Below are positions 1-9,432 of a stretch of 64,000 nt of DNA, in pieces (the stretch's first letter is position 1; the number at the start of each line of letters is the position of its first letter). The DNA is from a virus. Its lineage: Duplodnaviria; Caudoviricetes. Where the stretch lies: IMG/VR virus record IMGVR_UViG_3300045391_001467, positions 1-64,000 of that record; one strand, 5' to 3'. Below the pieces are notes generated by a model. It was not told the origin of the DNA. It ran no database searches and saw only the letters and a list, made by a program, of their open reading frames with translations. Made by a program: the position numbers and the translations under genes.

Positions 1-307
1 CAATACCTTCAAAATCCATAGATGATGCTGTTGCTTTAAGGATGTTGGTAGCCTTACTGCCTGTATAAACTCTTTGAGCTATGTTAGTATTAAGCCAATC
101 AATAAACTCCTTGTCCATACTGGCTAAATTCCCTGACACTATCCCTTTAGGAAGGCTTGTCATCCAGTAATTGATTGAAGGGTCAAACACAGCCTTCATA
201 TACTCTCGCAGCAATTCATTGTCTTTATTAGCATCAAGAATGGCTTGTTTTGCATTATTGCCTTGCGTTGTTTGCAAGGACTTTATGATTTCGTATAAAG
301 TGCTCAT
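1..307 (-). CDS. ATP-dependent DNA ligase, N-terminal part (runs off window start; not in ORF track)
   Basis: Manual translation from ATG at 307: MSTLYEIIKSLQTTQGNNAKQAILDANKDNELLREYMKAVFDPSINYW..., resembling the T4-type ligase N-terminus (KQAILEKNKDNELL). ATGA overlap with the RNA ligase stop. Confidence 0.75.
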   Translation of the reverse strand, partial: MSTLYEIIKSLQTTQGNNAKQAILDANKDNELLREYMKAVFDPSINYWMTSLPKGIVSGNLASMDKEFIDWLNTNIAQRVYTGSKATNILKATASSMDFEGI

Positions 308-1350
308 CACTCCCCTCCATTTAGTAGGAATTTATTATTGATTGCTTTAAAGCTGAAATCAGGGTTACTCAAACTTTTGAACACAACACCCTCAGCTACT
401 TTGTTATAAATACTAGGACGATCTGCGTAGGCAAGAAAATCAGCAACAGAATGGAACTTTTCAAGGGTTGTGCATTCAATTACAGGAACATGCTGTAATC
501 CTAGCACTTCTGTAATATCTCTTCTATCCATAGCATTCATGTAGCATTGCTTGTTGATGTCAAAAATATCAAACACACTAAATCGGGTGCCAGAAATATT
601 CTCCCAATTACCGTTTATTCCTGATCCCCAAAGTTCTCCTTGAACGGCAATGTTCAAGCCAAGGTTTTGCAACTTATCCTGCAAGCCAAGATCATTAAAC
701 ATCTTTAAATACATATTGTCCGCATTACTTTCATCTGTTTTCAACTCAAGATTACGTGAGCATACGCCGACTTCGCCATTGTTGTGGTAGAAAGTGCAGG
801 AGCTTCCATCAATCTTCAGAGTCACTTCATAAACATCTTTGAACTGCTCAGGCGTAATTCGTTTGAATTGATTTTGAATACGTTCTTGATCTGTCTTACG
901 TAGAAACGATGGAAAATTCCCTCGCGCAATACCCACAAGTTGTGAACTAATAGGTTTCTCCCATTTCTTGATATTAAGTAACTCTGACACGTCAGTCCCT
1001 ACAAAACTTTCCGTAGATTCCCAATCATTCATCGCAACTTGTGTAAGAACTGTCAATGGAAGCACCAAACCTTGTGAAAGCTCTCCACGGAGTTTAATTG
1101 AACGCAAGCGCTCTCCTGCCACTCCTTCATAAACTTTGGGCTCTTTGCCTTTGCTAAGGAAACTTGCTATGCTGTAAGGCACCCAAGAATCAATTTCACA
1201 GAACACTACAATATCTCCTGTCTTGAAGTCTCCGCGCTTTACAACGCATTGCCAGCCATCAATAGTCGCTAGATCAAGCGCATCTGCGTTAGGATGTTTT
1301 CTGATTTCGTCGATTTTTCGGATTGTCGCCATTGCTCGTTTTGTATTCAT
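307..1350 (-). CDS. RNA ligase, Rnl2/DRB0094-type with N-terminal extension
   Basis: N-terminus ATIRKIDEIRKHPNADALDLATIDGWQCVVK; nucleotidyltransferase motifs KIDGSS, QGELWG, FSVFDI, EGVVFK, SFKAIN. Confidence 0.9.
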   Translation of the reverse strand: MNTKRAMATIRKIDEIRKHPNADALDLATIDGWQCVVKRGDFKTGDIVVFCEIDSWVPYSIASFLSKGKEPKVYEGVAGERLRSIKLRGELSQGLVLPLTVLTQVAMNDWESTESFVGTDVSELLNIKKWEKPISSQLVGIARGNFPSFLRKTDQERIQNQFKRITPEQFKDVYEVTLKIDGSSCTFYHNNGEVGVCSRNLELKTDESNADNMYLKMFNDLGLQDKLQNLGLNIAVQGELWGSGINGNWENISGTRFSVFDIFDINKQCYMNAMDRRDITEVLGLQHVPVIECTTLEKFHSVADFLAYADRPSIYNKVAEGVVFKSLSNPDFSFKAINNKFLLNGGE

Positions 1351-1514
1351 TCCTGCTCCCCAAGGGTAATGTAAAAGTAATCGTGTAACAACTTTAGTGC
1401 AATACCAATATCGTCTTGCTCAAGAAAGTTGATTAATTGTGAACATTAAATTCGTTTTTGTTTGAGTTCATTTTCAAGTTGTACTTCTTTAAAAATATCC
1501 GAAACATCCTGCAT
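1347..1514 (-). pseudogene. Small 55-codon ORF with an internal TAA at codon 23
   Basis: MQDVSDIFKEVQLENELKQKRI*CSQLINFLEQDDIGIALKLLHDYFYITLGEQE*; SD TAGGAG upstream; final TGA overlaps the RNA ligase ATG; internal TAA at 1446-1448. Confidence 0.45.
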
Positions 1515-1515
1515 T

Positions 1516-1809
1516 TCAATCTCCTACGCTCTCAGCCATATCCGCAGTGAGTAAAAGAGCTATAATTCTGTGTTCTTGATTTTCCGTCTCTGCAGGGGAG
1601 CCAAACCAATAAGCACGATCATTTTCATATAAACTTCTAAGGTATTCTTCAGCACGTGCGACAGTAAAAAACACCTTCCATGATATCGGTAAAGACCTCG
1701 ATCTATCAATAGCATCGCAGCAGCCGCGCCAATGTGCCCTATTAGGAAAGTTTTCCATATCCTCTTGAATAACCTGCGCAGCTTTTCTCAAAACATCGCT
1801 CGCCTTCAT
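1516..1809 (-). CDS. Hypothetical protein
   Basis: 97-aa ORF with AAGGAG SD, first gene after the leftward promoter. Confidence 0.7.
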   Translation of the reverse strand: MKASDVLRKAAQVIQEDMENFPNRAHWRGCCDAIDRSRSLPISWKVFFTVARAEEYLRSLYENDRAYWFGSPAETENQEHRIIALLLTADMAESVGD

Positions 1810-1840
1810 TCCAAATCTCCTTTTAAATTAAGTACTTGCA

Positions 1841-1869
1841 ATTCTACAACTCTTTTTGAGATTTGTCAA
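1841..1869 (-). promoter_or_regulatory. Sigma70-type promoter for the leftward ligase arm
   Basis: TTGACA-17 bp-TAGAAT on the minus strand. Confidence 0.65.
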
Positions 1870-1958
1870 ACACTTTTCTAGAATTTTCTCACCTCTGAGA
1901 ATGTTGCTGTATTCCAACAAGCATTGACATTCATCAAAATTTCCTTGACACAAAAGAA

Positions 1959-2249
1959 GTGTTGACGTACATTGTAGATGTTTTTACACGTAGGAAGAGG
2001 ACAAGGATAGTGATTACAGCTAAAGAGTTACGAAAAAGCATGGAGCCTGATAGAGAAACTAAGCAAAGAATCGAGAATAAAATATTAGATGCTGCTGGAA
2101 AAGGGGAGTATTCAGTAGAATTTAGCCCTCTTGACTATGGATATTATGATATATCTTGTTTCGGATTTTTGAAGGAGTATGGGTATAAGATTAGAGCAAC
2201 AAAGTATAACCAATGCATGATAGAATGGATGGAAAATTACAATGAGTAA
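1959..2249 (+). CDS. Hypothetical protein (true start probably downstream)
   Basis: ORF overlapping the next gene in an operon-like run. Confidence 0.55.
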   Translation: MLTYIVDVFTRRKRTRIVITAKELRKSMEPDRETKQRIENKILDAAGKGEYSVEFSPLDYGYYDISCFGFLKEYGYKIRATKYNQCMIEWMENYNE

Positions 2250-2514
2250 AAACAATGATATTGGCAGTAAATGTCACCAATTATATCTAATGAGTTTGGA
2301 AAAACTAAAAGGAGACAACCCTGATTTGGCAGATGAAGTAATTGTAACATTATGGAATACCGTAGATACGTTGAATAGAGAAAAGAAATCTTTACAAGCA
2401 ATAATAATGGAGCAACAAAAAAACTTATCTGAATATTATCACAAACAAGATATTCTTGAATCTAGAATTTCTCAGTTGACAGGAAATAAGTCTTTAGGTA
2501 TTATTCCTCTATGA
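2242..2514 (+). CDS. Hypothetical coiled-coil protein
   Basis: Overlapping start/stop with neighbours; heptad-like C-terminal half. Confidence 0.6.
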   Translation: MSKNNDIGSKCHQLYLMSLEKLKGDNPDLADEVIVTLWNTVDTLNREKKSLQAIIMEQQKNLSEYYHKQDILESRISQLTGNKSLGIIPL

Positions 2515-2822
2515 AAACCTGTTTATTAAAAGGAAATACAATGATAAAATTAACTAAGACAAGACATTCTAAAGAAGTGTATGACATTCACAATCTCAGC
2601 CTAAGTAATGCAATAAAAGTTCTTAGCTCTCTTATTGAAGAGTTTGATGAAGAGGCTGAAGTAGATTTTAACATCGATTATGAAGGTGATACATCTTTCA
2701 GAATAAGATATTACGAAAATGAGACTGACGAAGAATATAATAAGCGGCTTAATTTTGAATTTCTATTAAAACAACAGCGTAGAAAGCAATATGAAGAATT
2801 AAAGAAAGAATTTGAAGGATAA
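2511..2822 (+). CDS. Hypothetical protein
   Basis: ORF in operon; AAGGA SD before the internal ATG (MIKLTK). Confidence 0.65.
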   Translation: MKTCLLKGNTMIKLTKTRHSKEVYDIHNLSLSNAIKVLSSLIEEFDEEAEVDFNIDYEGDTSFRIRYYENETDEEYNKRLNFEFLLKQQRRKQYEELKKEFEG

Positions 2823-3288
2823 TATGAAAAAGTTTAAAATTACTCAAAAGATAGTAAATGACTATCACATTCCTCCTGATGTTTGTGAACTTGCAGAAAA
2901 TATGCCTCAAGACTACACCATCAGTCAAGCTGCAAATTTTCTTCAGGAAAAGTGTCATAAAGCTTCTTATGACGCTGGCTGGTGGCATGATGCAGAATGT
3001 AACCCTACAAAAGACAATCCTCTAACATTTTCCAACAAACTAATGTTAATTGTGTCAGAAATTGCAGAAGCTATGGAAGGTGATAGGAAAGATTGCATGG
3101 ACGATAAGCTTCCTCATAGAAAAATGGCTGAAGTAGAGCTTGCCGATGCTATCATCCGTATTATGGACTTGGCTGGTGCTTATGGATTTGACATTGGAGG
3201 TGCTATTGCAGAGAAGATGGAATACAATAAATCTCGAAAAGATCACTCTAAAGAAGCTCGCCAAAACACAGGTGGTAAGAAATACTAA
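2812..3288 (+). CDS. MazG-like nucleoside triphosphate pyrophosphohydrolase
   Basis: All-alpha NTP-PPase pattern LMLIVSEIAEAMEG...EVELADAIIRIMDLAG. Confidence 0.75.
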   Translation: MKDNMKKFKITQKIVNDYHIPPDVCELAENMPQDYTISQAANFLQEKCHKASYDAGWWHDAECNPTKDNPLTFSNKLMLIVSEIAEAMEGDRKDCMDDKLPHRKMAEVELADAIIRIMDLAGAYGFDIGGAIAEKMEYNKSRKDHSKEARQNTGGKKY

Positions 3289-3464
3289 GGAGATATTGTG
3301 AAGCCAATTTTGAACAGTTTAAACCAAACTATTTTAAAAACCGTCAACTTGATCTTTTGTAGCTTATCCTGAACTTACGAAACAAATTTCCTTAATTTCT
3401 AGCTTTACAATACATTACTAATCATGTATATTCTTGTACATATTATTTTGAATGAGGAAAGTAA

Positions 3465-3659
3465 ATGAAAATCACTCTAGCAGAAAACATGGCACATATA
3501 CCTAGAGAATTCCAATCAGGTATTACAAATTTTGCATCTTTTGATAGAATTATCAAAGCAATGCAATCTTCCAAAGAACTTATTCTTGAAGAAGATGAAT
3601 ATGTTGCAGGAATCACTATCACAGAACAAGGACTTGCTTTTAAAATAGAGATTAAATAA
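3465..3659 (+). CDS. Hypothetical protein
   Basis: 64-aa ORF with GAGG SD. Confidence 0.6.
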   Translation: MKITLAENMAHIPREFQSGITNFASFDRIIKAMQSSKELILEEDEYVAGITITEQGLAFKIEIK

Positions 3660-3688
3660 TTTACACAGATAATTCCCTAAGTTTAAAA

Positions 3689-3871
3689 ATGATTACAATA
3701 CAAACGCCTTATGAAACATTGTTCCAATTAGCTTTTGAGCTAGGGAAAGCAAAGCTAGAGGGTGATGCAGAAAAGATCAAACAAGCTCAAGAGGCTCATG
3801 ATGCTTACAAGCAACTATGTCTTAAAGCAGAAGCTACTCACCCCAATCTTCCAAAGATTTCCTTAAACTGA
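3689..3871 (+). CDS. Hypothetical protein
   Basis: 60-aa helical ORF closing the plus-strand run. Confidence 0.55.
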   Translation: MITIQTPYETLFQLAFELGKAKLEGDAEKIKQAQEAHDAYKQLCLKAEATHPNLPKISLN

Positions 3872-4094
3872 ATTACAGCCCTTTAGAGGCGTTTAAATGC
3901 TACAGGGTACATCTACCTACCTTCTATGTAAGAAAACGTCTATAAAGCCTTTCTAGTGCGTTCTAGAGGCATTTTATGCATAACATCCAGGATTTCTCAG
4001 AACATTTCCGAGTATTTTCAAAGAATTTTCCCATATTTCTGTAGTGTTGTTGGTAATAGTTGACTAATTTAGTAGGGTATTCATTCTACCCCTA

Positions 4095-4123
4095 TTGACA
4101 AATCACACTTCTTGTGCTACAAT
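4095..4123 (+). promoter_or_regulatory. Sigma70-type promoter with extended -10, facing non-coding DNA
   Basis: TTGACA-17 bp-TACAAT preceded by TGTG; no ORF follows for about 900 bp. Confidence 0.7.
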
Positions 4124-4213
4124 GTTGTTATTGATCGAGAAAACTCATCAGTGGGGGCGACGGGCTGGAGCAGAGTGGATCATTCGGGACGGTGGTGATG
4201 CTAACACATCCTA

Positions 4214-4328
4214 TGTTCGAATATTCGTTTTGTTATAGGCTCTCCTATCTCTCAAGACTCTTTAGAGATTACTCTAAAGCTCTTGGGGGAGGGGGGGCTT
4301 GTGACTAAAGCGAGTGAATATTCGAACA
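4214..4328 (+). ncRNA. Long G-U-rich hairpin (candidate ncRNA or replication-primer RNA)
   Basis: Perfect 13-bp closing arms TGTTCGAATATTC / GAATATTCGAACA; inner stems TCTCTCAAGA/TCTTGGGGGA and CTTTAGAG/CTCTAAAG; several G-U pairs on the plus strand; G-run at 4285-4297. Confidence 0.5.
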
Positions 4329-4470
4329 ATGGTGATATTATTTATAGTTATATATAATTAATATATTATAATATAAGAATATAGATACATAATACGGTTC
4401 CTCTGAAATTCTCTATATCTACTTTAATAAGAACCTACTATCCTTCCTTAAAACACATAGATAGAATCAA

Positions 4471-4499
4471 TTGACATCTATGTCGTCCTATAGTATAAT
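4471..4499 (+). promoter_or_regulatory. Consensus sigma70 promoter followed immediately by a hairpin
   Basis: TTGACA-17 bp-TATAAT, then ATAAATAGA...TCTATTTAT. Confidence 0.65.
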
Positions 4500-5068
4500 A
4501 TAAATAGAAGTATCTCTCTATTTATATCCTCACATCTCAAATATCCCTACATAAATTAATTGATTTTATTCCTACCCTGAAACATAAAAATACTGGATTG
4601 GGAAAATCCTAACCTTGAAAAGTTTGGGATGATTTTTGATTTTTAAAACTTTTTACACTCTGAGTCTCGCGTACGCGCGGGAGAAAATATATTGAATAAC
4701 TTGTGTCTTTATGTTTATTGCTTGGTATAGTGATTTTCTTGCACTCGCTGACACGTCAGATATTGACTTAGCAGTAGCTGCCTAGGCAGTGATTTAGATA
4801 CAACTTACCTCTTTGTCATTTATTGTTAGTTAGTAATTATCCAGTATGGCATTGCACCATACGAAATGACCATCAATGTTAGTCAATAATTCAGGTTATA
4901 ATTGTTCAGGCAATACACTCCCCTCAGTCGATTTGACTGATTTGCAAAATGTACTCTTGTCCTCTTAAATTGTCAATGCCTGATCGTAAGATAAATTTGC
5001 TTGACAATCCTCGATTGTTTTGTAAACATAAAGATGTATTGTGTATTAATCAACAATGTATTCCTGAC

Positions 5069-5287
5069 ATGAAAATCTACACTCTTTACAGACCGGCACA
5101 GTCTCTTGTCACAATGAGATTTGACAACTACACTCAAGCAAGAGCATTTGCTACAGCATATGCCCCGCTTAAAGCTAGTAAACCCTTTAAAAAGATGTCT
5201 GACAAGCAACATTCTTGGCATGTGACATTGCCGAAAAGAGAGTACAATAAGGCAACATACTGTTTAAACGCGAATACAGACGTTTAG
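5069..5287 (+). CDS. Hypothetical early protein
   Basis: Track ORF 4949-5287; likelier start at ATG 5069 (MKIYTLYRP) after a promoter-like sequence near 4997. Confidence 0.5.
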   Translation: MKIYTLYRPAQSLVTMRFDNYTQARAFATAYAPLKASKPFKKMSDKQHSWHVTLPKREYNKATYCLNANTDV

Positions 5288-5499
5288 AGACGTTTTCTGT
5301 ATTATGTATGTGCAAGTAGCTTATGCAATGTTTTGAGACAATGTTTTGAGGGCTTTAAGATGTGTTGTGAATGTAAGCAATCAAGCTATACTGAGCTGCA
5401 AGAGAGACTAAAGCAGTTAGAAGAGTTGCTAAGATGGCTATTGATTGAGGGCATGACTAAAGAAGCTTACATGCGGATAGAAAAATGTTTTAAAAGCGC

Positions 5500-5528
5500 T
5501 TGACAAGCTAAAGTTTGTTTGCAATAAT
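5500..5528 (+). promoter_or_regulatory. Probable early promoter
   Basis: TTGACA-17 bp-AATAAT upstream of the 5558 ORF. Confidence 0.5.
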
Positions 5529-5557
5529 ACAGACGTTGCTCGAGAGAACTAATTCTT

Positions 5558-6139
5558 ATGTTTGAGAAATTTAAGGAGTTGCTAAAAATGGAAAAGAACG
5601 AAATCGAAGCTCTGATTGAATCTATGGGTATAGAATATAAGGCTCTGTTTGTACCGTTTAGTCAGTCTCGCAATTCCAAAGAAAAGAATCTTTCGATAAA
5701 CTGGCTAATCACTTTATCAAAAGATAATCAAATGTGGACAACTGATTACATGCAGGGCATTGCACATCTACCCAATTACTCTCCCCGCTCTCGCAACAAT
5801 GCAGATTATCAAATTTTTTTGAGACAATGCGTTGAAACCGGCAAGTGTGCTGAAAGCAATAAATTCCCTGAAGATTATAGATCATTAATACTCAGTAAAA
5901 GAATTCCCGCCCCGAAACTGACAGATATACTGATAGATATTATGTATATTTTTGTAATGGATGCCACCGCAATTAATTGCAGGTCTTTTGAAGAGTGGGC
6001 GGAAATCTACGGATATAATAAAGATAGCAGAAAGGCCGAACAAACATATAATGCTTGTCGTGAGTCGGGTCTTAAATTGCGCGCAATGATCGGAAATGAC
6101 AATCTTGAAAAGTTGCGAAATGCATACCAAGATTATTAA
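5558..6139 (+). CDS. Hypothetical early protein
   Basis: 193-aa ORF; AAGGAG SD precedes the internal ATG (MEKNEIE). Confidence 0.7.
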   Translation: MFEKFKELLKMEKNEIEALIESMGIEYKALFVPFSQSRNSKEKNLSINWLITLSKDNQMWTTDYMQGIAHLPNYSPRSRNNADYQIFLRQCVETGKCAESNKFPEDYRSLILSKRIPAPKLTDILIDIMYIFVMDATAINCRSFEEWAEIYGYNKDSRKAEQTYNACRESGLKLRAMIGNDNLEKLRNAYQDY

Positions 6140-6181
6140 TAATGGATATATTACTAACATTAGTATTGATGAGAGATTAAA

Positions 6182-6682
6182 ATGACGCCAAGTATCGGAA
6201 ATAACGAAATTCTTGCCTTGTTTACTGCTACTGGGAAAGATATTCCGCATAAGGATTCTGATTCTGGACGAGCTGCTGCAATTCTGCAAAAGATTTGCGA
6301 TAGTCAAGGGCATACTGTTCCAGAATATAAAACCAATTTTGAAAATCAGAAAGAGACGTTGGAAATCTTTGAAGCATTAAGAGAAATTGAAAATCACATG
6401 GGCGAGGATGACTTTACTCTTACCTTCGGCGGCAATGAATATCGCATTATTGCAGAGGATGCAATTTGGGAAATTTACAGAGACGAAATCCAGCAAATTG
6501 TCGAAGATTGTTATTCCGATGTCATCTTGAAACTTGAGGAAATTCCTGATTTTATTGCATTTTCAATCGATTGGGAACAGACGGCACAAAATGCGTATGC
6601 TGACGGATATGGGCATACTTTCAGCCGATATGACGGAAGTGAGGAAGAGGCAGCAGGCTATTACATTTTCCGCACAGAATGA
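6182..6682 (+). CDS. Acidic early protein, possible ArdA/Ocr-like DNA mimic
   Basis: Asp/Glu-rich C-terminal two thirds ending IDWEQTAQ...YDGSEEEAAGYYIFR, loosely ArdA-like. Function is inference. Confidence 0.4.
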   Translation: MTPSIGNNEILALFTATGKDIPHKDSDSGRAAAILQKICDSQGHTVPEYKTNFENQKETLEIFEALREIENHMGEDDFTLTFGGNEYRIIAEDAIWEIYRDEIQQIVEDCYSDVILKLEEIPDFIAFSIDWEQTAQNAYADGYGHTFSRYDGSEEEAAGYYIFRTE

Positions 6683-7059
6683 AGATAAAAATGACACATA
6701 AAAACATAGGTTATCATACAAGGCTTTATAGTGATAATACAGTCAAAGTCGTGGGCGGTAGTTTTCTAGGACAATTAGACTCAGAAACTATTAATCGACT
6801 TGTAAATTCACATTTTGATGTAGTTGTGAAAAACAGCGGAACTTGTGTATTTGTCGATAGAAATGGACAGGAAGTAAGTTTGTATTTAACTGTAGACCCA
6901 TCAAAAACAGATAAAGGAGTGATTGCCATTTTGGAATGGCAAAAAGAAAAGGAGAAAGAACAGGCAAAAGAGGATGCAAAGCAAGCGGAAATTGATGAAA
7001 TTATGTTGAGAATGTCTAATGATGAAATTCTTAAACGTTTGAGAGATTGTCATGACTAG
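6679..7059 (+). CDS. Hypothetical early protein
   Basis: ATGA-coupled ORF in a plus-strand run. Confidence 0.7.
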   Translation: MKIKMTHKNIGYHTRLYSDNTVKVVGGSFLGQLDSETINRLVNSHFDVVVKNSGTCVFVDRNGQEVSLYLTVDPSKTDKGVIAILEWQKEKEKEQAKEDAKQAEIDEIMLRMSNDEILKRLRDCHD

Positions 7060-7339
7060 ATCATTATCTTTTGAAAAAGCAAAAGCACGTTATCCACATC
7101 GTTATACATTAGAGCACACCCCAGAATGGGCTAAGAGACCTCATTATGATGAGTTTACACATGATTTTGTAGGTTACTACAAACCTCATTACAAAACAGA
7201 TAAAGAATGGTACGATAACACGTGTTTTCCCGGTGAAAACGGTATTGCAAAGCACGAGAGACATTGTGAAAGCAATAACCAGTCCTGGCCCCTCGGAAGA
7301 GGTTTTTCTGAGAAGCCATGCGTCAAGGGTCAAGTATGA
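7052..7339 (+). CDS. Hypothetical early protein
   Basis: Overlapping ORF; aromatic-rich (HRYTLEHTPEWA...WYDNTCFPGE). Confidence 0.7.
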   Translation: MTRSLSFEKAKARYPHRYTLEHTPEWAKRPHYDEFTHDFVGYYKPHYKTDKEWYDNTCFPGENGIAKHERHCESNNQSWPLGRGFSEKPCVKGQV

Positions 7340-7475
7340 TATGCTAAGCATGTATATTGTAAAACGTGTTAATGGCATGTGGCAATGTATTTTAAAATTA
7401 TCCGGTGTTGTGCAGTTTAAAAGTTTAAGTCGGAAAAGATGTCTGGAGTGGGTAGAAGAAAATTCTATCGGGTGA
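7233..7475 (+). CDS. Hypothetical early protein (start probably near 7348)
   Basis: 3' half reads as a typical small phage protein (MYIVKRVNGMWQC). Confidence 0.45.
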   Translation: MKTVLQSTRDIVKAITSPGPSEEVFLRSHASRVKYDMLSMYIVKRVNGMWQCILKLSGVVQFKSLSRKRCLEWVEENSIG

Positions 7476-7548
7476 TGGTTTGTGATAGATACAATCAATT
7501 AGAATTATTGTAGATGCTATGCAATAATTAAGGCATACAACAAAAGGA

Positions 7549-7773
7549 TTGGGAATGTCTAATCAAAATTATTATGAAGTCAACGTGTGCTACAATGGCG
7601 TGCATCTATTTGCTACTTCAGGAAGAAGCGCGACTACGGAAACAGATGTGGTCAGAATTATGAAACACTTTAAAGAAAAGTTTCCAGAATCGCAGGGGTA
7701 TGAGTTACGAATTACATATTGGTGCGAGCGTGGATTCAATAAAACTGATTATTTCATTAAAAACTCAAATTAA
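7549..7773 (+). CDS. Hypothetical early protein
   Basis: ORF with AAGGA SD. Confidence 0.65.
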   Translation: MGMSNQNYYEVNVCYNGVHLFATSGRSATTETDVVRIMKHFKEKFPESQGYELRITYWCERGFNKTDYFIKNSN

Positions 7774-7939
7774 TTCTAAAGTAAACTCAAGGAGACTTAA
7801 ATGTTTGTTGAGTGCTCATCACGTAAGCAAGTTGTCAAAAATTACCCGTCCGCATGTAAAATAGTTAAGGTTTGTGGAGGGTATAGAGTTTTTGAATTTA
7901 TAACAGATTATCAAGTCTGGAAGAATCAAAAATGAATAG

Positions 7940-8239
7940 TTGATTGGATGGAGTATTTATATGCTGTTAATTACAACTCGCGCTATGGAAAGCTCCAATG
8001 ATGTTATAGAAGCATTTTATAATGGAGACTGGTTTTATAATATAACGGACATTAGTCAAAAACATTTGATTATTGCTCATGATTTGATTATTGCTCATGA
8101 TATCCCTGATAATACAAAAGTTGATATCAGGTATAAGAAAATCCTTCAAGACTTTACATTTGGGCATCCTGATTTAAGGGATAGACAATATACTGTGTCT
8201 TTTATCGTAGATAAACAAAAATTTACGGAGTTTGTATGA
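7940..8239 (+). CDS. Hypothetical early protein with an internal 6-aa tandem duplication
   Basis: LIIAHD twice, from an 18-bp tandem repeat at 8064-8099. Confidence 0.55.
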   Translation: MIGWSIYMLLITTRAMESSNDVIEAFYNGDWFYNITDISQKHLIIAHDLIIAHDIPDNTKVDIRYKKILQDFTFGHPDLRDRQYTVSFIVDKQKFTEFV

Positions 8240-8356
8240 ATTGCACATTACATTATGTATTATTTGGATTATCTAAGGGATTGCCTCATGGTATTGAAGC
8301 ATATTCTGGCATAAGAGATTATTCTGCAATGTTTTATTTTCTGGAGAATTAATACA

Positions 8357-8563
8357 ATGAGTGAATTTAAACATTTTAATTTGAAAATAGATAGCGAAGA
8401 GATGCTTATTTATATTGTCACTCTGCTAGGGATTACAGATGAAAATTTCGATCATATGATGGGGTTTAATGGGTACGATCTTTATAACAAGCTGCTAGAA
8501 AAAGTTAAAGATAAGAGTAAAGTTTACGATATTGCAAATAATCTTTGCATTGTTAAGGCTTAA
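8357..8563 (+). CDS. Hypothetical early protein
   Basis: GGAG SD; in operon. Confidence 0.6.
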   Translation: MSEFKHFNLKIDSEEMLIYIVTLLGITDENFDHMMGFNGYDLYNKLLEKVKDKSKVYDIANNLCIVKA

Positions 8564-8565
8564 TT

Positions 8566-8763
8566 ATGTGGTCAATAAAGTATAAAGAGTTCTTTTATAT
8601 ACAAGGGAAGTTTGACACTAAAGAGTGCGATGTTCTATATTCTCCATCCGGTATCGGATTTGCAGAAAGATGGAAATCAAAAAGTTTACATGCAGCAAAG
8701 ATATCTGTAACAAAATACTTGAGGCAGAAACTTATTGAAAAATATCAAAGAGATTTGAAGTGA
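8566..8763 (+). CDS. Hypothetical early protein
   Basis: Adjacent ORF in operon. Confidence 0.6.
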   Translation: MWSIKYKEFFYIQGKFDTKECDVLYSPSGIGFAERWKSKSLHAAKISVTKYLRQKLIEKYQRDLK

Positions 8764-9156
8764 TGCTTAAGAGATTTATTCAGTGGCTTTGCAATAGTAT
8801 GTACAGCAACCATGATTGCCCCAAATGTGGGAATTACAGGGTAATGCATACTCAAAGTTGTAGGTATCATTGCAAAGCATGCGGAAATCAATTTAGTAAA
8901 TAATTGATGGAGAGCACAATGTCTTCAATTTATCAGTCTGCTTTAAATGCACATTGTGAAGAAATGAAATATTGTCAAGAGTTTATCCCATTTAGTTTGT
9001 GGCTAGAACATAAGAAAAAGACAGGGAAATATTGGGGAGCCTAAAGCCTATCATTGAGCGATCTTTGATAGGCATTTTCAATTGTACGTTAGGGAAATAT
9101 CTGCAATAATGTAGTCATTACAGCAGGTTATCAATCAACGTACAGGGGAGAGTAAC

Positions 9157-9432
9157 ATGGACAAAACAATAACATACGATTGCGGCTTATTTTGGGAGCC
9201 GCTAGCAGATGGGTATTTTGATCAAGTTAATTTTGATATAATAGATAAGCTAGCAAGGGGGCAAGATTGGACATTAATTGCAAGCATAGGACATGCAAGC
9301 GTTGATTACAGCGAGTCAGAGAAATCTATTAGATGTTTTATTCCCGAGATTGCCAGTTGTTTAGATATCGATAAAAATGCTATTGTAATTTGTAAATCTG
9401 GAAATGTTTCTTTGGAGTTTGTAAATGCATAA
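9157..9432 (+). CDS. Hypothetical early protein
   Basis: GGGGAG SD. Confidence 0.6.
   Translation: MDKTITYDCGLFWEPLADGYFDQVNFDIIDKLARGQDWTLIASIGHASVDYSESEKSIRCFIPEIASCLDIDKNAIVICKSGNVSLEFVNA

Noticed and set aside
2812-3288. MazG-like gene as evidence of a 2-aminoadenine or 7-deazaguanine modified genome
   Set aside because: No PurZ, DatZ, Que-pathway or DpdA genes are seen in this window; they cannot be excluded in the unseen remainder.
8064-8101. 18-bp tandem duplication as a functional repeat
   Set aside because: Two copies only, in frame; consistent with replication slippage.
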